Part shown: positions 45,530 to 57,451 of the stretch, in pieces
Layout of the letters: each line of letters starts with the position of its first letter
Numbering within the stretch: position 1 is the first letter of the stretch
Source of the DNA: the human T2T-CHM13v2.0 reference genome, Homo sapiens
Length of the DNA: 64,000 nt
Assembly: GCF_009914755.1 (NCBI RefSeq)
Contig: NC_060937.1
Direction: 5' to 3' (one strand)
Translations under genes and position numbers: made by a program
Notes under the pieces: model-generated
What the model saw: only the letters and a program-made list of their open reading frames with translations
What the model was told of the DNA's origin: nothing
Database searches by the model: none

Positions 45530-48500
45530 AAAAAAGGAAGAAAATAATTATTTTATACCAAGAGTATGAAAAAGAGACTGGGAATTACTATATTAATAGC
45601 AGACAAAATAGACTTAAAAACTTAAAAGAGACAATAAGACATTATATAGTCATAGATTGTCCATTTGGCAGGAAGATAGAAATAGTTTAAACCCATACCT
45701 AATAATAAAACATTGAGATATAGAAAGCATAACTTGACAGAATTACAGGGGCAAAAAGGCGGTTCTAAAATAATAGTTGAAGATGTTAATACTCCACTCT
45801 GAGTAATGAATAGAAAAATGAGATAGATGATAAATTAGGAAATAGAGTTCTTGACTAACTCAATGAACCAAATTGATCTAACAGATATATACAATATACT
45901 CCATCCAACAAAAGAGACTACACACTCTTCTCAAACGCACATGGGGATTTCCCCACGATGGGCTGTGTAGTAGATCTCAAATTAAATCAATAACAGAAGA
46001 AACGTTAGAAAGTTTACAAAACTGTATAAATTAAACAACATACCCTTAAACAACAAATAAGTAAAGGAAGAAATCACAGAGGAAGTTGGAACATACTTAC
46101 AGAGGAAGAAAAATGAAAACAAAACACATCAAAAGTTAAGGGAAACAGCAAAAAGAGTGCTAAGATGTAAAGTTTGCAACTAAAATACATTTAAAAAGAA
46201 CAAAGATTTCAAATAAATAATAACTTTATCACCTAGTAAATTAGAAAAATAACACCAAATTAGATGCAAAGCAAAGAGAAAGAAGAAAATATTAAAGCTT
46301 TTAGCAGAGATAAATGCAATGGAGATTATACAAACCACACAATTCCAAAAAACCAAAAGTTCATTCTCACTTCTTCAAAAAATTAACAATTGGCAAACTT
46401 TCAGCTACACACAAAAAAAATTAACAGCATATTCACATACTAAAATGAGAAATGAAAGTGGGACATTACTACTAATTCAAAGAATTAAAATGTTTAAAAA
46501 ACTGTACTATGAACTATGATAGGATGATAAATTGGAAAACGTAAAGTGGGCAGATTCCTAGGTATACAAGACTTGATTACAAAGAAATACAAAATCTGAA
46601 TAGATACAAAACTACTAAGGAAATGGAATCAGTAATTAAAAGCCTCTTCATAAAGAAAAGCCCTTATTTTGTTGGCTTCACTAGTGATTTAGATCAAGCA
46701 TTTATAGAACAAAAATCCTTTCCAAAGTCTACCAAAAGCCTGAAGAGAGCAGTTCCAAACTTATTCCATGAAGCCACCATTAGCTCATACCGAAGCCAGA
46801 CAAAGATACTACAAAAACCCATAGACTAATATCCCTTATGAACACGGATGCAAAACTAGTCAGCAACATCCTAGCTAACTACATTCAGCAGCATACTAGC
46901 AAGATTACAACCCATGACCAAGGGGAGTTTATTATTGGAATGAAAGGAAGTTTTAGCATATGGGTGGTTTCAGTGCAGTGGTGTTTACAAATAATTGATC
47001 ACAACCAGTATAGATTTCTTTATTCTTTTTCCAGTCTCACTGGTTCACTTAGCTAGCCTTTCTTAACAAAAGTTTAAGCATATGAAAATTAATCAATGCA
47101 TATGCCACATTGACAAAATTTTTAAAAAGTATTCTCTCATTAATACAGATAACGTATTTTACAAAATTCAAAATATTTTATAATAAAAACAATAAATTAG
47201 GAATAAAAGGAAACCAGCTTTGTAAAATTCACATATAAAAACCCACAGCAAACAACATATTCCAGAGGAAAAGATCAAAAGTGTTTCCTCTAAGCTCCGA
47301 AGACAGAGTGAATATCTGCTCTTGCCAGCCACTTTTATTCAACACTGTATTAGAAGTTTCATTCAGAGAAATTAAAAAAGACAATGAAATAAACTGCATC
47401 AAAGTGTGTACAGAAAATATATTCTTATATGTAGAAAATCTTTGATTCCACACAAAAAATATTACAACTAATAAATTCAGCTGAATAGTAGCATACAAAA
47501 TCAACATACAAAAACAAACTGCATTTTATGTAGTAACATGAATAATCTGAGAAGAAAACTCTGAAAACAATTCAATTTACAATAGTATCAAAAGAATAAA
47601 GTAGTTAGGAAGTAATGAAGAAGTAAAATGCCAATTACTCTTGTGTAGATATTAAAAAATCAATTTTTAAGTTTATGGGGAATCTCAAAGATCTTTAAAT
47701 TGCAAAAATAATTTTGAAAAAAATACCAAAGTTAGAGAAGTCACACTTAAAGATTTCAAGACTTACTACAAAATTCCAAAATAGCATGCTACAAAGAGAC
47801 TAATGGAGTAATATAGAAGGCCCATATAAATAAACCCTCATATATAAGGTCAAATGATTTTTATGGGAAATGAACTGCCTTTACAACAATTAGTGCTGGG
47901 GAAATTGGGTGCCCACATGTAAAAGAGTGAAGCTGGGCCCTTAACTTCTACTATAAGAAAAAATTAACTAACTGGATCAAAGACCTAAATGTAAGAGCTA
48001 AAACTACAAAATTCTTAGTATAAAATGTAGGTAAAACATGTCATAAGGCTGGATTTGGCAGTGATTTCTTTTAACCGGACACCAAAAACGCAAGAAACAA
48101 AAGAAAAATAGATAAAGAGGACTCTATCCAGAATATACAAAGAACAATTCAGCAATAATAAAACAAACTACTTGTTTAAAATATGGGCAAAATACTTAAA
48201 CAGATATTTCTCTAAAAATTATGTGAAGTGGCTTATAAGCCCATGAAAAGGTACTCAACAAAACCTTTTCATTTTCATTAGTAAAATGAAAATCAAACCC
48301 CAAATGACATATCACTTAATGCACATCAGCATAACTAGTACAAAAAGAAAAAAAAAACAGAAAATCACAAGTGTTGGTGAGGAAGTGGAGCAGTTAGAAC
48401 CCTTGTACACTTGGTGGAAATGTAAAATGCTGCAGCTGCTATAAAACAACACCATAGTAACGAAATAATTTACACTCAAAATCACCGTATGATCCAGCAA

Positions 48501-49065
48501 TTTCACATCTTGGTATGTTGCAAAAGATGTGAAAGCGAAGACACAACATAATACACGTACACCTAAGCTCATAGCAGCTTTACTCACATCACTCAAAAGG
48601 TTTTTGAATTACCTGTGTTGTTTGAATTATCATCAATGAATAAATAGATAAAATGTGATTTATACATACAGTGGGATATTATTCAGTTATGAAAAATAAG
48701 GAAATTCTGACACATGGTACGTCACGCATGAACCTTAAGGACATTGTGCAAAGTGACATGAGCCAGTCATAAAAGGACAAATACTGTATCATTCCACTTA
48801 TGAGATACTTAGAGTAGTTAAATTCTGGAAACCCACGTAGAAGAGTGGTTCCTAGGAGCTGGAGGGGGAGTAACAGTGAGCTGTTATTTAATGTGTATTG
48901 AATTTTGGTTTGGAAGTTGAAAAAAGATCCTTATGAATGGGAATAATAGTTGCAAAACAATGTGAGTGTAGTTAATTTCTCTGAGCTGAACACTTAAAAT
49001 AGTTAAAATGGTTAATTTTACGTATACTTTGCCAAAATGTAAAAAATATTTTTTAAATAAACAAA
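45530..49065 (+). mobile_element. L1MB-like element (ORF2 to 3' end)
   Basis: ORF2 peptides [19 protein letters not shown] and MESVIKSL; 3' end aaaatggttaattttacgtatactttgccaaaat. Confidence 0.88.
46962..47061 (+). pseudogene. Y3 RNA (RNY3) retropseudogene inserted in L1
   Basis: gggtggtttcagtgcagtggtgtttacaaataattgatcacaaccagtatagatttctt...ctagccttt matches hY3 along its full length; TSD gaagttttagcatat / aaagtttaagcatat. Confidence 0.93.
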
Positions 49066-49189
49066 CTATAGCTATCTGCAATAGCATGAATTAATACCAT
49101 AAATATAAAGTTGCCTAGAAGAAAGTAGATGTAAAAGTATACATATTATATAATTTCACTTATATAAAATCCAGAAAGTGAACACAACT

Positions 49190-49653
49190 GAGGTTGTGGC
49201 TTCCAGTAATAATGAAGTAGACTAGTTCGTTGAATAACTATTTCACAGATAACAATAATAAAGCTTAATAAAATACTATATTTTGCTATATAGAAACGCA
49301 CACTGTTTAGAAGACTGAATGAAGATTTTATCTATGCCACTGTGGAAGAGATAAGGATTGGGGTTTGAATCTATTCAAATTAACTCCCTCTTAAAATAAT
49401 AATTTTCAAAGAAATACAACAGAATCCAGAGTCCCTGTAGTTCCTATCACACAATTTAAAAATTCATGAGATGTGTGAAGAAGCATGAAAGTGTAATCGA
49501 TTCACAAGATAAAAAGCAGACAATAGAACCTATTCTCAAGATGTGCAAGATGCTGTAATCAGTAGATAAGATTTGAAAGAAGCTATGGTAAGTACGTTCA
49601 TGGGGGTAAAAGAAAACAGTCTCATGACAAGTGAACAGAAGCGTAACTGTACA
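49190..49653 (+). mobile_element. Old L1M 5'/ORF1 fragment
   Basis: aaaagcagacaatagaacc...agataagatttgaaagaagctatggtaagtacgttca. Confidence 0.55.
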
Positions 49654-50106
49654 TTTCATGCGCGTCCGTGTGAAGAGACCACCAAACAGGCTGTGTGTGA
49701 GCAACATGGCTGTTTATTTCACCTGGGTGCACGCGGGCTGCGTCCGAAAAGAGAGTCAGCGAAGGGAGATAAGGGTGGAGCCGTTTTATAGGATTTGGGT
49801 AGGTAAAGGAAAATTACAGTCAAAGGGGGTTTGTTCTCTGGCGGGCAGGAGTGGGGGTCGCAAGATGCTCAGTGGGGGTGCTTTTTGAGCCAGGATGAGC
49901 CAGGAAAAGGACTCTCACAAGATAATGTCATCAGTTAAGGCAAGGACTGGCCATTTACACTTCTTTTGTGGTGGAATGTCATCAGTTAAGGTGGGGCAGG
50001 GCATATTCACTTATTTTGTGATTCTTCAGTTACTTCAGGCCATCTGGGCGTATACGTGCAAGTCACGGGGGATGCGATGGCTTGGCTTGGTCTCAGAGGC
50101 CTGACA
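49654..50106 (-). mobile_element. LTR7 (HERV-H) solo LTR #1
   Basis: Minus-strand TGTCAGGCCTCTGAGACCAAGCC...TCTTCACACGGACGCGCATGAAA; flanks share only TACA. Confidence 0.95.
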
Positions 50107-50142
50107 TACACTCCCAGTCTTTTGGTCACAGGGCTGTGGGAC

Positions 50143-51171
50143 TGAGGAGGGAAATTAAAGAAAAATAAAATTAAAAAGAAAGAGAAATAAATTTTCTTGT
50201 ATTGGGCTGACTTGTCCCAGAGGCTTCAACAGGCACAGCCCAGAACCAGGAATAGTCTTGATAATATTATCTAATGTGCTCTGGAGGCTCTCCCAACGCT
50301 CCCCCAACATCGGGAAAAGAAAAACAAATTTCCTTTTTTTACGGAATGAGTTTATAGATTCTTGTTCTCTGTAACTAGTGACTTCAAGTATTCTGTTTTA
50401 TCTAAGAAGTACAATGTAAGTCATGAGAAGCCTGAGTAGGCTGAACTACAGCTGTTTGGGCACCATAGTGAGGGTTATAGGATAAGCCCATGCCCAGGGA
50501 AACCTAGAAAATGGACATGTGGGTTGCTTGGCAACGGTCATGTGCAATCCTGTCTGTCCTGCCTCTGTATCCCTGCTTTCACGCCACTGTAAACTTGCTT
50601 CAAGCTAGCCCACCACCTTTTGTGAAATGTGCATAAAAGTCAGGTTCTGTCTTTGTTCCGGGCCCAGTCTTTTTGATGTGAGTTAGCTTGTCCTCAGTTT
50701 CATGCGCGTCCGTGTGAAGAGACCACCAAACAGGCTTCGTGTAAGCAATAAAAGCTTTTAATCACCTGGGTGCAGGCAGGCTGAGTCCGAAAAGAGAGTC
50801 AGCAAACGTAGATAGGGATGGGGCCATTTTATAGGATTTGGGTAGGTAAAGGAAAAAGGGGGATTGTTCTCTGGCGGGCAGGAGTGGGGGGGTCACAAGG
50901 TACTCAGTCGGGGAGCTTTTGAGCCAGGATGAGCCAGGAGAAGGAATTTCACAAGACAATGTCATCAGTTAAGGCAGGAACAGGCCATTTTCACTTCTTT
51001 TGTGGTGGAATGTCATCAGTTAAAACAAGAACCGGCCATCTGGATGTGTACGTGCAGGTCACAGAAGGTACGATGGCTTAGCTTAGGCTCAGAGGCCTGA
51101 CACTGAGTGCACTCAATAAAAATTCTCCTGTTTCAACCCGGGGTCTCTCTCATCCTCCTGAATCCCGCAAC
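50143..51171 (+). mobile_element. Unassigned ERV solo LTR (~620 bp net), inserted in a satellite unit and itself interrupted by LTR7 #2
   Basis: tgaggaggg start; cataaaagt TATA-like box; ctcaataaa; end tcctcctgaatcccgcaac (LTR22-like as recalled); flanks gggac/gggag. Confidence 0.7.
50698..51102 (-). mobile_element. LTR7 (HERV-H) solo LTR #2
   Basis: Same termini as #1 (tttcatgcgcgtccg...cagaggcctgaca); TSD ctcag/ctgag. Confidence 0.95.
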
Positions 51172-54060
51172 GGGAGAATTCCAGCATGCACCAGGTTCAC
51201 GGGACAGTGCGCGGTCACTGAAAGAAGAGTGGGGCGGGGAGGGTGGTGTGCGGCTGTGAGCACCTCTTGTGCTTGCTGGGAGATGTAGTCTTATAAAGAC
51301 TCCCAGCCCTTTGGTCACAGGGCTGCAGCACCCCAATTCCAGCATACACCGGAATCAGAGACAGTGCGCGCTGGCAGAGGAAGAGGTAGAGCTGTGCGTG
51401 ACTCGCTGGGCTTGATGGAAAATGTAATCTCATGAACACTCCTTAATGAACAGTGCGCCTCACTGGAGGAAAAGGCGGGGCTGTGCAGGCCTTGCTTTGC
51501 TTGCTGAGAGATGCTGTCTCATAAACACTCCCAGCCCTTTGGTCACAGGGCTGCAGGACTACATTCCCATCATGCACCGGGATCAGGGATAGTGCATGTG
51601 CCTGGGTGAAGAGACACAGTTTTGCGAGCCTCCTTTGGCTTCCTGGGAGATGTAGTTTCATAAAGACACCCAGACTTTTCATTACAGGGCAGCCAGACTA
51701 CAATCCCAGTATGCACCAAGATCAAGGATAGTGCGCGTAACTGCAGAATGAGGTGGCATTGTGCACGCCTCGCTGGACTTGGTGGGATATGTATTCTCAT
51801 AAACATACCCAACCCTTTGGTCATAGGGCGGGAAGACTACAATCCCAGCATGCACCTGGCTAAGAGACAGTGCCTGTCACTGGAGGAAGAGGCGGAAGAC
51901 TACAATCCCAGCCAGCACCGGGCTCAGGGAAATTGTGCGTCAGTGGAGGAAGAGGCGGGGTTGTGTGCTACTCGCCAGGCTTGCTGGGAGTTGTATTCTC
52001 ATAAAACCTCCCAGCCCTTTCATCACAGGGCTGAAGGACTACACTTCCAGCCCCAGCATGCACTGGGCTCAGGGACAGCGCGCGTCACTGGAGGAAGAGG
52101 GAGGGCTTTGCGCTTCTAGCTGTGATTTTTTGGGAGATGTAGTCTCATTAACGCTCCCAGCCCTTTGGTCACAGAGATCCAGGACTGCAATCCCAACATG
52201 CACCCAGCTCAGGGATAGTGCGCTAATCACTGCAGGAAGAGGCAGGGCTGTGTGCACCTCCTGGGCGTACTGGGAGATGTATTCTCATAAACACTCCCAT
52301 CCCTTTGGTCATAAGGCTGCAGGACTACAATCCTAGCATGCACCCAGCTCAGTGACAGTGCGCTAGTCTAAGGAGAAAGAGGCAGGGCAGTGTGCGCCTT
52401 GCTGGGCTTCCTGGGAGATGTAGTCCCATGGCCTCTCCCTGCCCTATGGTCACAGTGCTATAAGACTACAATCCCAGCATGCACGGGGCTCAGGGAGAGT
52501 CCACATCACTGCAGAAAGAGGGGCAGGTTGTGCGCACCTCGCTGCGTTTGCTGGGAGATGTTGTTTCATAAAGACTCTCAGACCTTTTGTCACAGGGCTA
52601 CAGGACTACAATCCCAGGATGCATCGGGATCAAAGCAGTATGCGACACGGGGAAAAGATGCGGAGCTGTGTGCGTCTCCCTAGGTCTTCTGGGAGATGTG
52701 GTCTCTTGGCCCTTTGGTCACAGGGCTGCAGGACTACAATGCCAGCATGCAGCGGGTTCATGGACAGTGTGTATCACTGGAGGAAGACGTGGAGCTGTGC
52801 GTGCCTCGCTGGGCTTGCAGGGAGATGCAGTCTCATAACTACCCCAGTCGTTTGGTCGCAGGGCTGCAGCAGTACAATTTCAGCATATCTCTGGCTCAGG
52901 GAGAGTGCACTAGTCACTGGAGGAAGAGGTAGGTCTGTGCGCACCTCTCTGGGCTTGCTGGGAGAGGTAGTCTCATAAACACTACCAGCCCTTTCATCAC
53001 ATCGCTGTAGGACTACAATTCCAGCATGCACGGGGCGCCGGGGCAGTCCGCCTCACTGGAGGAAGAGAAAGGCGTGTGAGCGCCTTGCTGGGCTTTCTGG
53101 GAGATGTTGTCTCTTTATTTCTCCCAGCCCTTTGGTCACAGGGCTTCAAGACTACAATCCCAGCATGCATCCTGCTCAGGGACAACGCGCGTCACTGTAG
53201 GAAGAGGTGGACCTGTGCTGTTCTCGCTATGCTTTTTGGGATACGTATTCTCGTAAACACTCCCAGCCCTTTGGTCACTGGGCTGCATCACTACAATCCC
53301 AGCATACATCGGGATCAGGGAGAGTGCGCTAATCAGTGGAGAAAGGGGCGAGGCTCTGCACACCTCGCTGGTCTTGCTGGGAGATGCAGTCTCATAAACA
53401 CTCCCAGCCCTTTGGTCACTGGGCTGCAGCGCTACAATCCTAGCATGGACCGGGCGCAGGGAATGTGCGCGTCACTGGAGGAAGAGGCAGGGTTGTGCAA
53501 GCCTCTCTGGGCTTGGTGGGAGTTGCAGTCTCATAAACACTCCCAGACCTCTCATCACCGGGCTGCAGGACTACAATCCCAGCATGCACCCGGCTCAGGG
53601 AGAGTGCGCATTACTGGAGGAAAAGTCTAGGCTGTGGATGCCTCCTTCTGCTTGCTGGGAGATGTAGTTTCATAAAGACTCCCAGAACTTGTGTCACAGG
53701 GCTGCAGGACTACCATCCCATTATGCACTGGGGTCAGGGACACGGCCCGTCAGTGGAGAAAGAGGCGGGGCTGTGTGCGTCTCCTTCGGCTTGCTGGGAG
53801 ATGTATTCTTATAAACACTCCCAGCCCTTTGGTCAAAGGGCTACAGGACTACAATCCCAGCATGTGCCAGTCTCGGGGGCGAGGTACAGGCCTGGAAGAA
53901 GGGGCAGAGTGGTACACGCCCCACCTAATATGCTGGGAGCTGTAGTCTGTTAACTGCTCTCAGCCTGTTTGTCGGTAGGCTTCAGAACTATAATCACAGC
54001 ATGTACCGGGACCCGGGGTGCATAGCCCTGGAGGGAGGGGCAGAGCGATGTGGACTTCCC
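51172..54060. repeat. ACRO1-like GC-rich tandem satellite, ~21 units, modal period 139 bp
   Basis: Unit ctcataaacactcccagccctttggtcacagggctgcaggactacaatcccagcatgcac...ggaggaagaggcggggctgtg...gctgggagatgtagt; actaca anchor at 51558, 51697, 51836 ... 53570, 53709, 53848, 53987; family name from recall. Confidence 0.88.
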
Positions 54061-54844
54061 GGTGTCCAAAGCACTGCTGAGTTCTTATGCTATGCCGACT
54101 CTTTGCCAAGGAGAATGAGTACATAGGTGGACCTAGAGGACAGGTCTGCGCTGAGCATTGAGGAGGGTATTACCCTACATAGGCACCTTACCTTTGCCCA
54201 AATCGGGCGGGTTGTCCTCAACTGATTGGCCCTATCCTTCTCAAGTTCCTCTTTCAGCTGCACCCAGGGTTCTTTCCAGAGCATTGCGCCTTCTGCAGCC
54301 CAGGGCGCTGCCTTCTTTCCTAAACTGTTGTGGAAACTGTCCTGATGTCTGAGACACTGTCCATTGTGCCGCAGCCCTCTTTTTTCTCTAGCCAAGCCTC
54401 ATGCTCAACAGCTTTTGAGAGAAATCTTCCACGTGGCCTGCTTATGAACAGCTTCAGAATTCTGTAGGGGGTGACAAGGTCTGTGGCTTCCTGGAAATGT
54501 CACTCTCAATGGCGCCTTTTTCACGAATGTGAAAGTTGAGGCATCAGGAAGGTTAATTATTGGGTTGCACAAAATCTGCTAAGAGCAAAGGAGAAAACCT
54601 CATTTCCGAGGCATGAGTCTTGTGAGCCATTTTCATCAACCCATTTAAGTGGACAAGCTCCAAAATGAAACCTGAAGCTGCTGACTATTTAGGCATTTTA
54701 CACTTGAAATCATCGGTCTCATCTCAAGTCACTCCTGACTTGCCAGTGTCTCAGAAACACAAATGGGACCGGATCCCTCAGGAGCAGATAGTGTTCCAGC
54801 TTTGTTGGAGCGACATTTAAGATGTGGAGCACTTGGGGTCGTTT

Positions 54845-55335
54845 GAAACCCGCTATCTTCAGTAGGGACTTTTACTTCTAGAGAACATGTGCATTTTGAT
54901 TTTATCTGTCCTCAAACTGAACTTTTGCTCATTTTAATAGTAAAAACACATTCCTAGGTGGAGACTTAAGATGCTAATGAGACATGCAATGTATGCACAA
55001 ATATGTACAGTTAGTGCACATGTGCACCCAGAAGACCACTCAAAACATGCTTACACTAACACTTCTTTCCACCTTCTTATGAATAATCGTGCAAAACCCC
55101 CAGAAGGAGGGTTTCTCCAGTAACAATTAATGGTGTCTCACTCTTATGAGCAGCCTGCCCTGGAATCTCTTTCTCAGAATGTACCGTCTATTCTGCACTT
55201 AATTTTCAAAGTAGTCTTTTCTTTTTTTGTGTGCAATAAATTACTCTATGCTGTACTTCTTTTGCTGTGTGTTTCTTGTTTAAATTCTTTTAAACTAAGA
55301 AAATAAGAATCAAGGTATTACATCAGCCATCAACA
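54845..55335 (+). mobile_element. 5' LTR (5'-truncated) of ERV1 provirus
   Basis: Colinear with the 3' LTR (taagatgctaatgagacatgcaa, ctcactcttatgagcag, caataaatta, catcagccatcaaca). Confidence 0.85.
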
Positions 55336-57451
55336 TTTCTTTTGCCATGGCCTGGAGAGAGGTCTGTCCGCTTCACTGATTTCACTTTCCCTTTACTTGC
55401 CGTGAATACTGTGGCACTTCCAGACTACCTGGTTAACTATCGCTGGTTCTTCCAGCACTGTTTCACTGAAGTTCTGGGGAAACCCTGTCCCTTTAGGCTT
55501 TATGCGTTTCCCAGCTCCTTGAAATTGTTCTTCAACAGGCTTTCTTTGCTGAACAAAAGATGCACAGTCATGGATATGCCCAGTCATAGGGATTGAATCT
55601 GAGCATTGCAGGTGTTATAATTGGGCATCATAAATGGCAAACCACTGAATTAGGGAAAGGCTTGTCAGCCAGACATCTGCTCCCCAGCGAGCAGTGGGGG
55701 TCATCTCGGCAGGGCTGGAGATGTCCAGCGCTGGTGAGAGCTAGGACGGTGCATGGCAAATGCCTATGACCTCCTAGAGCTTCAGTTAATGGGGTTTCAA
55801 GGGGATGAGTTGGACAACTTGGTGGTTCCACTTGGCTCATGGGGCTGCCCACAGCCTCCTGGACTTTAGTACATGTTCTGTCGTTTGCAGGATTCTCTCG
55901 GCACCATGGGAATCACTTCCTCTACTGTCACTGAAACACACCTGGGATGTATATTTAAAAATTGAAACAGCTTTTGGCTAAATGAAGCAAAAAAACAATT
56001 ATCTTCTTTTGTAAAACTATTTAGCCTGCATACAGATTAGCTGACAAAACATGGCTGGAGAATGAGACTGTGAAATTTAACACCATCATACAGCTAGATC
56101 TTTTCTGTAGTAATCAGGGAAAATGGTCTGAAGTATCCTATGTGCAAGACTTTCTGGCCCGACAACAAAACCCAGCTCTATGCAGCACCTGTGGGCTAAA
56201 GCCTAGTAAGCCACAAAGCCCCTCAGAACCATTAGAAGATCATTTGTTTTATGGGCAAGGGACCCCAGACCCCACAGCCTAATACCAGCTCCAGATAGGG
56301 GCCCTCAGAGGCCTACACCTGCTTTAGAATCCCCAGCGTCCCCACACTATCAGAGTCTTCTGTAGAATCTAAGCTTGTTTCATCTCCTCCTTATGCTCCT
56401 CTATCAGCCTTTGCCAGTTACAATAGAGACCAGTCCAGCTGCAGTTACTCACAGTGGAGCTTCACACCATGCAGGGCCAGAGAATTTGATCCGCTTACAG
56501 AAAGTCTCAAATGGAGAGAGGACCATCAGAGTGCTTGTTCTCTTCCCAATAAATGATCTAATCCAATGTAAGCAACAGCTCTGATGGCTCTCAGACAACT
56601 TCAGCGCGTTTACTCAAGCCTTCTAGTCTCTAACTTTGACCACCATTCAACTTTACCATCCATAAATGGATCCAATGACTGCTGCCAACTCAGCTGCACA
56701 AAACTTTTTCTTATTTGCGAAAAATAGAAAAGACTTAAAACTTTTGCTGCTTTCACCATTTTAAAGCAGAATACTTTTGCAGCACAAATGTCACCATAAG
56801 GTGGATCCTTGGGAATCCAGTACAAACTATCTCAGAAAATCTCAGTGTGTCCCCAACAGGCAGCAGAGGGCCTCAATAGACTTCAACAACGTCTGGACTC
56901 CATGGCCACTGTATTCCAACAAAATCAAAGAGCCTGGGATCTTCTCCCAGCCAAGCAAAGAGGAACAGGTTTATATCTAAAAGAAGAATGCTGTTTTTTG
57001 AGATCAATCAGTCTGGTTTATTCCAAGAAAATATTAATAATATCATCACCCAGGCAGACAAAATTTAATCTCTAGGAACTTCCATGGGAACATGAAAGCA
57101 ATGTCCATTGCCTGCCTTGCTCTCTTTAATAGTACCCGTCATTATTATATTTTCAACTTCTACTTTTGTTCCAATTTTGTTTAAAATGTTAACTGATTTC
57201 CTGCTATGTTGCTTGTGGCAGCTCCATGTTTGCATGATGGTTTGCAAGGCTTTCAATCTTTGGCTGCCAACATCTTCCCACTGGTTCCACGAACGACATG
57301 GTTTACACCCTGTTAGATCACACAGGAAGAAACTTTAAGGCCCAGGCTAGGCAGAAGTAACACCCACTCAGCAGGAAACAGCTCCAGAAAAAGTGGTCTA
57401 ACCCCTCAACCTCCAATATGGTTATTGCCCTAAAATCTCTTAGGGGGAAAT
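55336..57451 (+). mobile_element. Internally deleted ERV1 internal region: gag MA remnant (~55907-56200) and env TM remnant (~56810-57250), no pol
   Basis: gag: FNTIIQLDLFCSNQGKWSEVSYVQDF; env: LNRLQQRLDSMATVFQQNQRAWDLLPAKQRGTGLYLKEECCF; polypurine tract agggggaaa before the 3' LTR. Confidence 0.9.

Noticed and set aside
49654-51102. A single deleted HERV-H provirus bounded by two LTR7s
   Set aside because: Spacer is satellite plus an unrelated LTR with no PBS/gag/PPT, and LTR7 #2 has its own TSD
51172-54060. CRISPR-like array, or a repeat-protein gene (ORFs up to 184 aa)
   Set aside because: Whole units are homologous with no unique spacers; human context; ORFs occur in several frames on both strands and are broken by indels
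56809-57075. Syncytin-like domesticated env
   Set aside because: Only an 88-codon TM fragment with no signal peptide or SU, a mutated CX6CC motif and a frameshift before the membrane anchor
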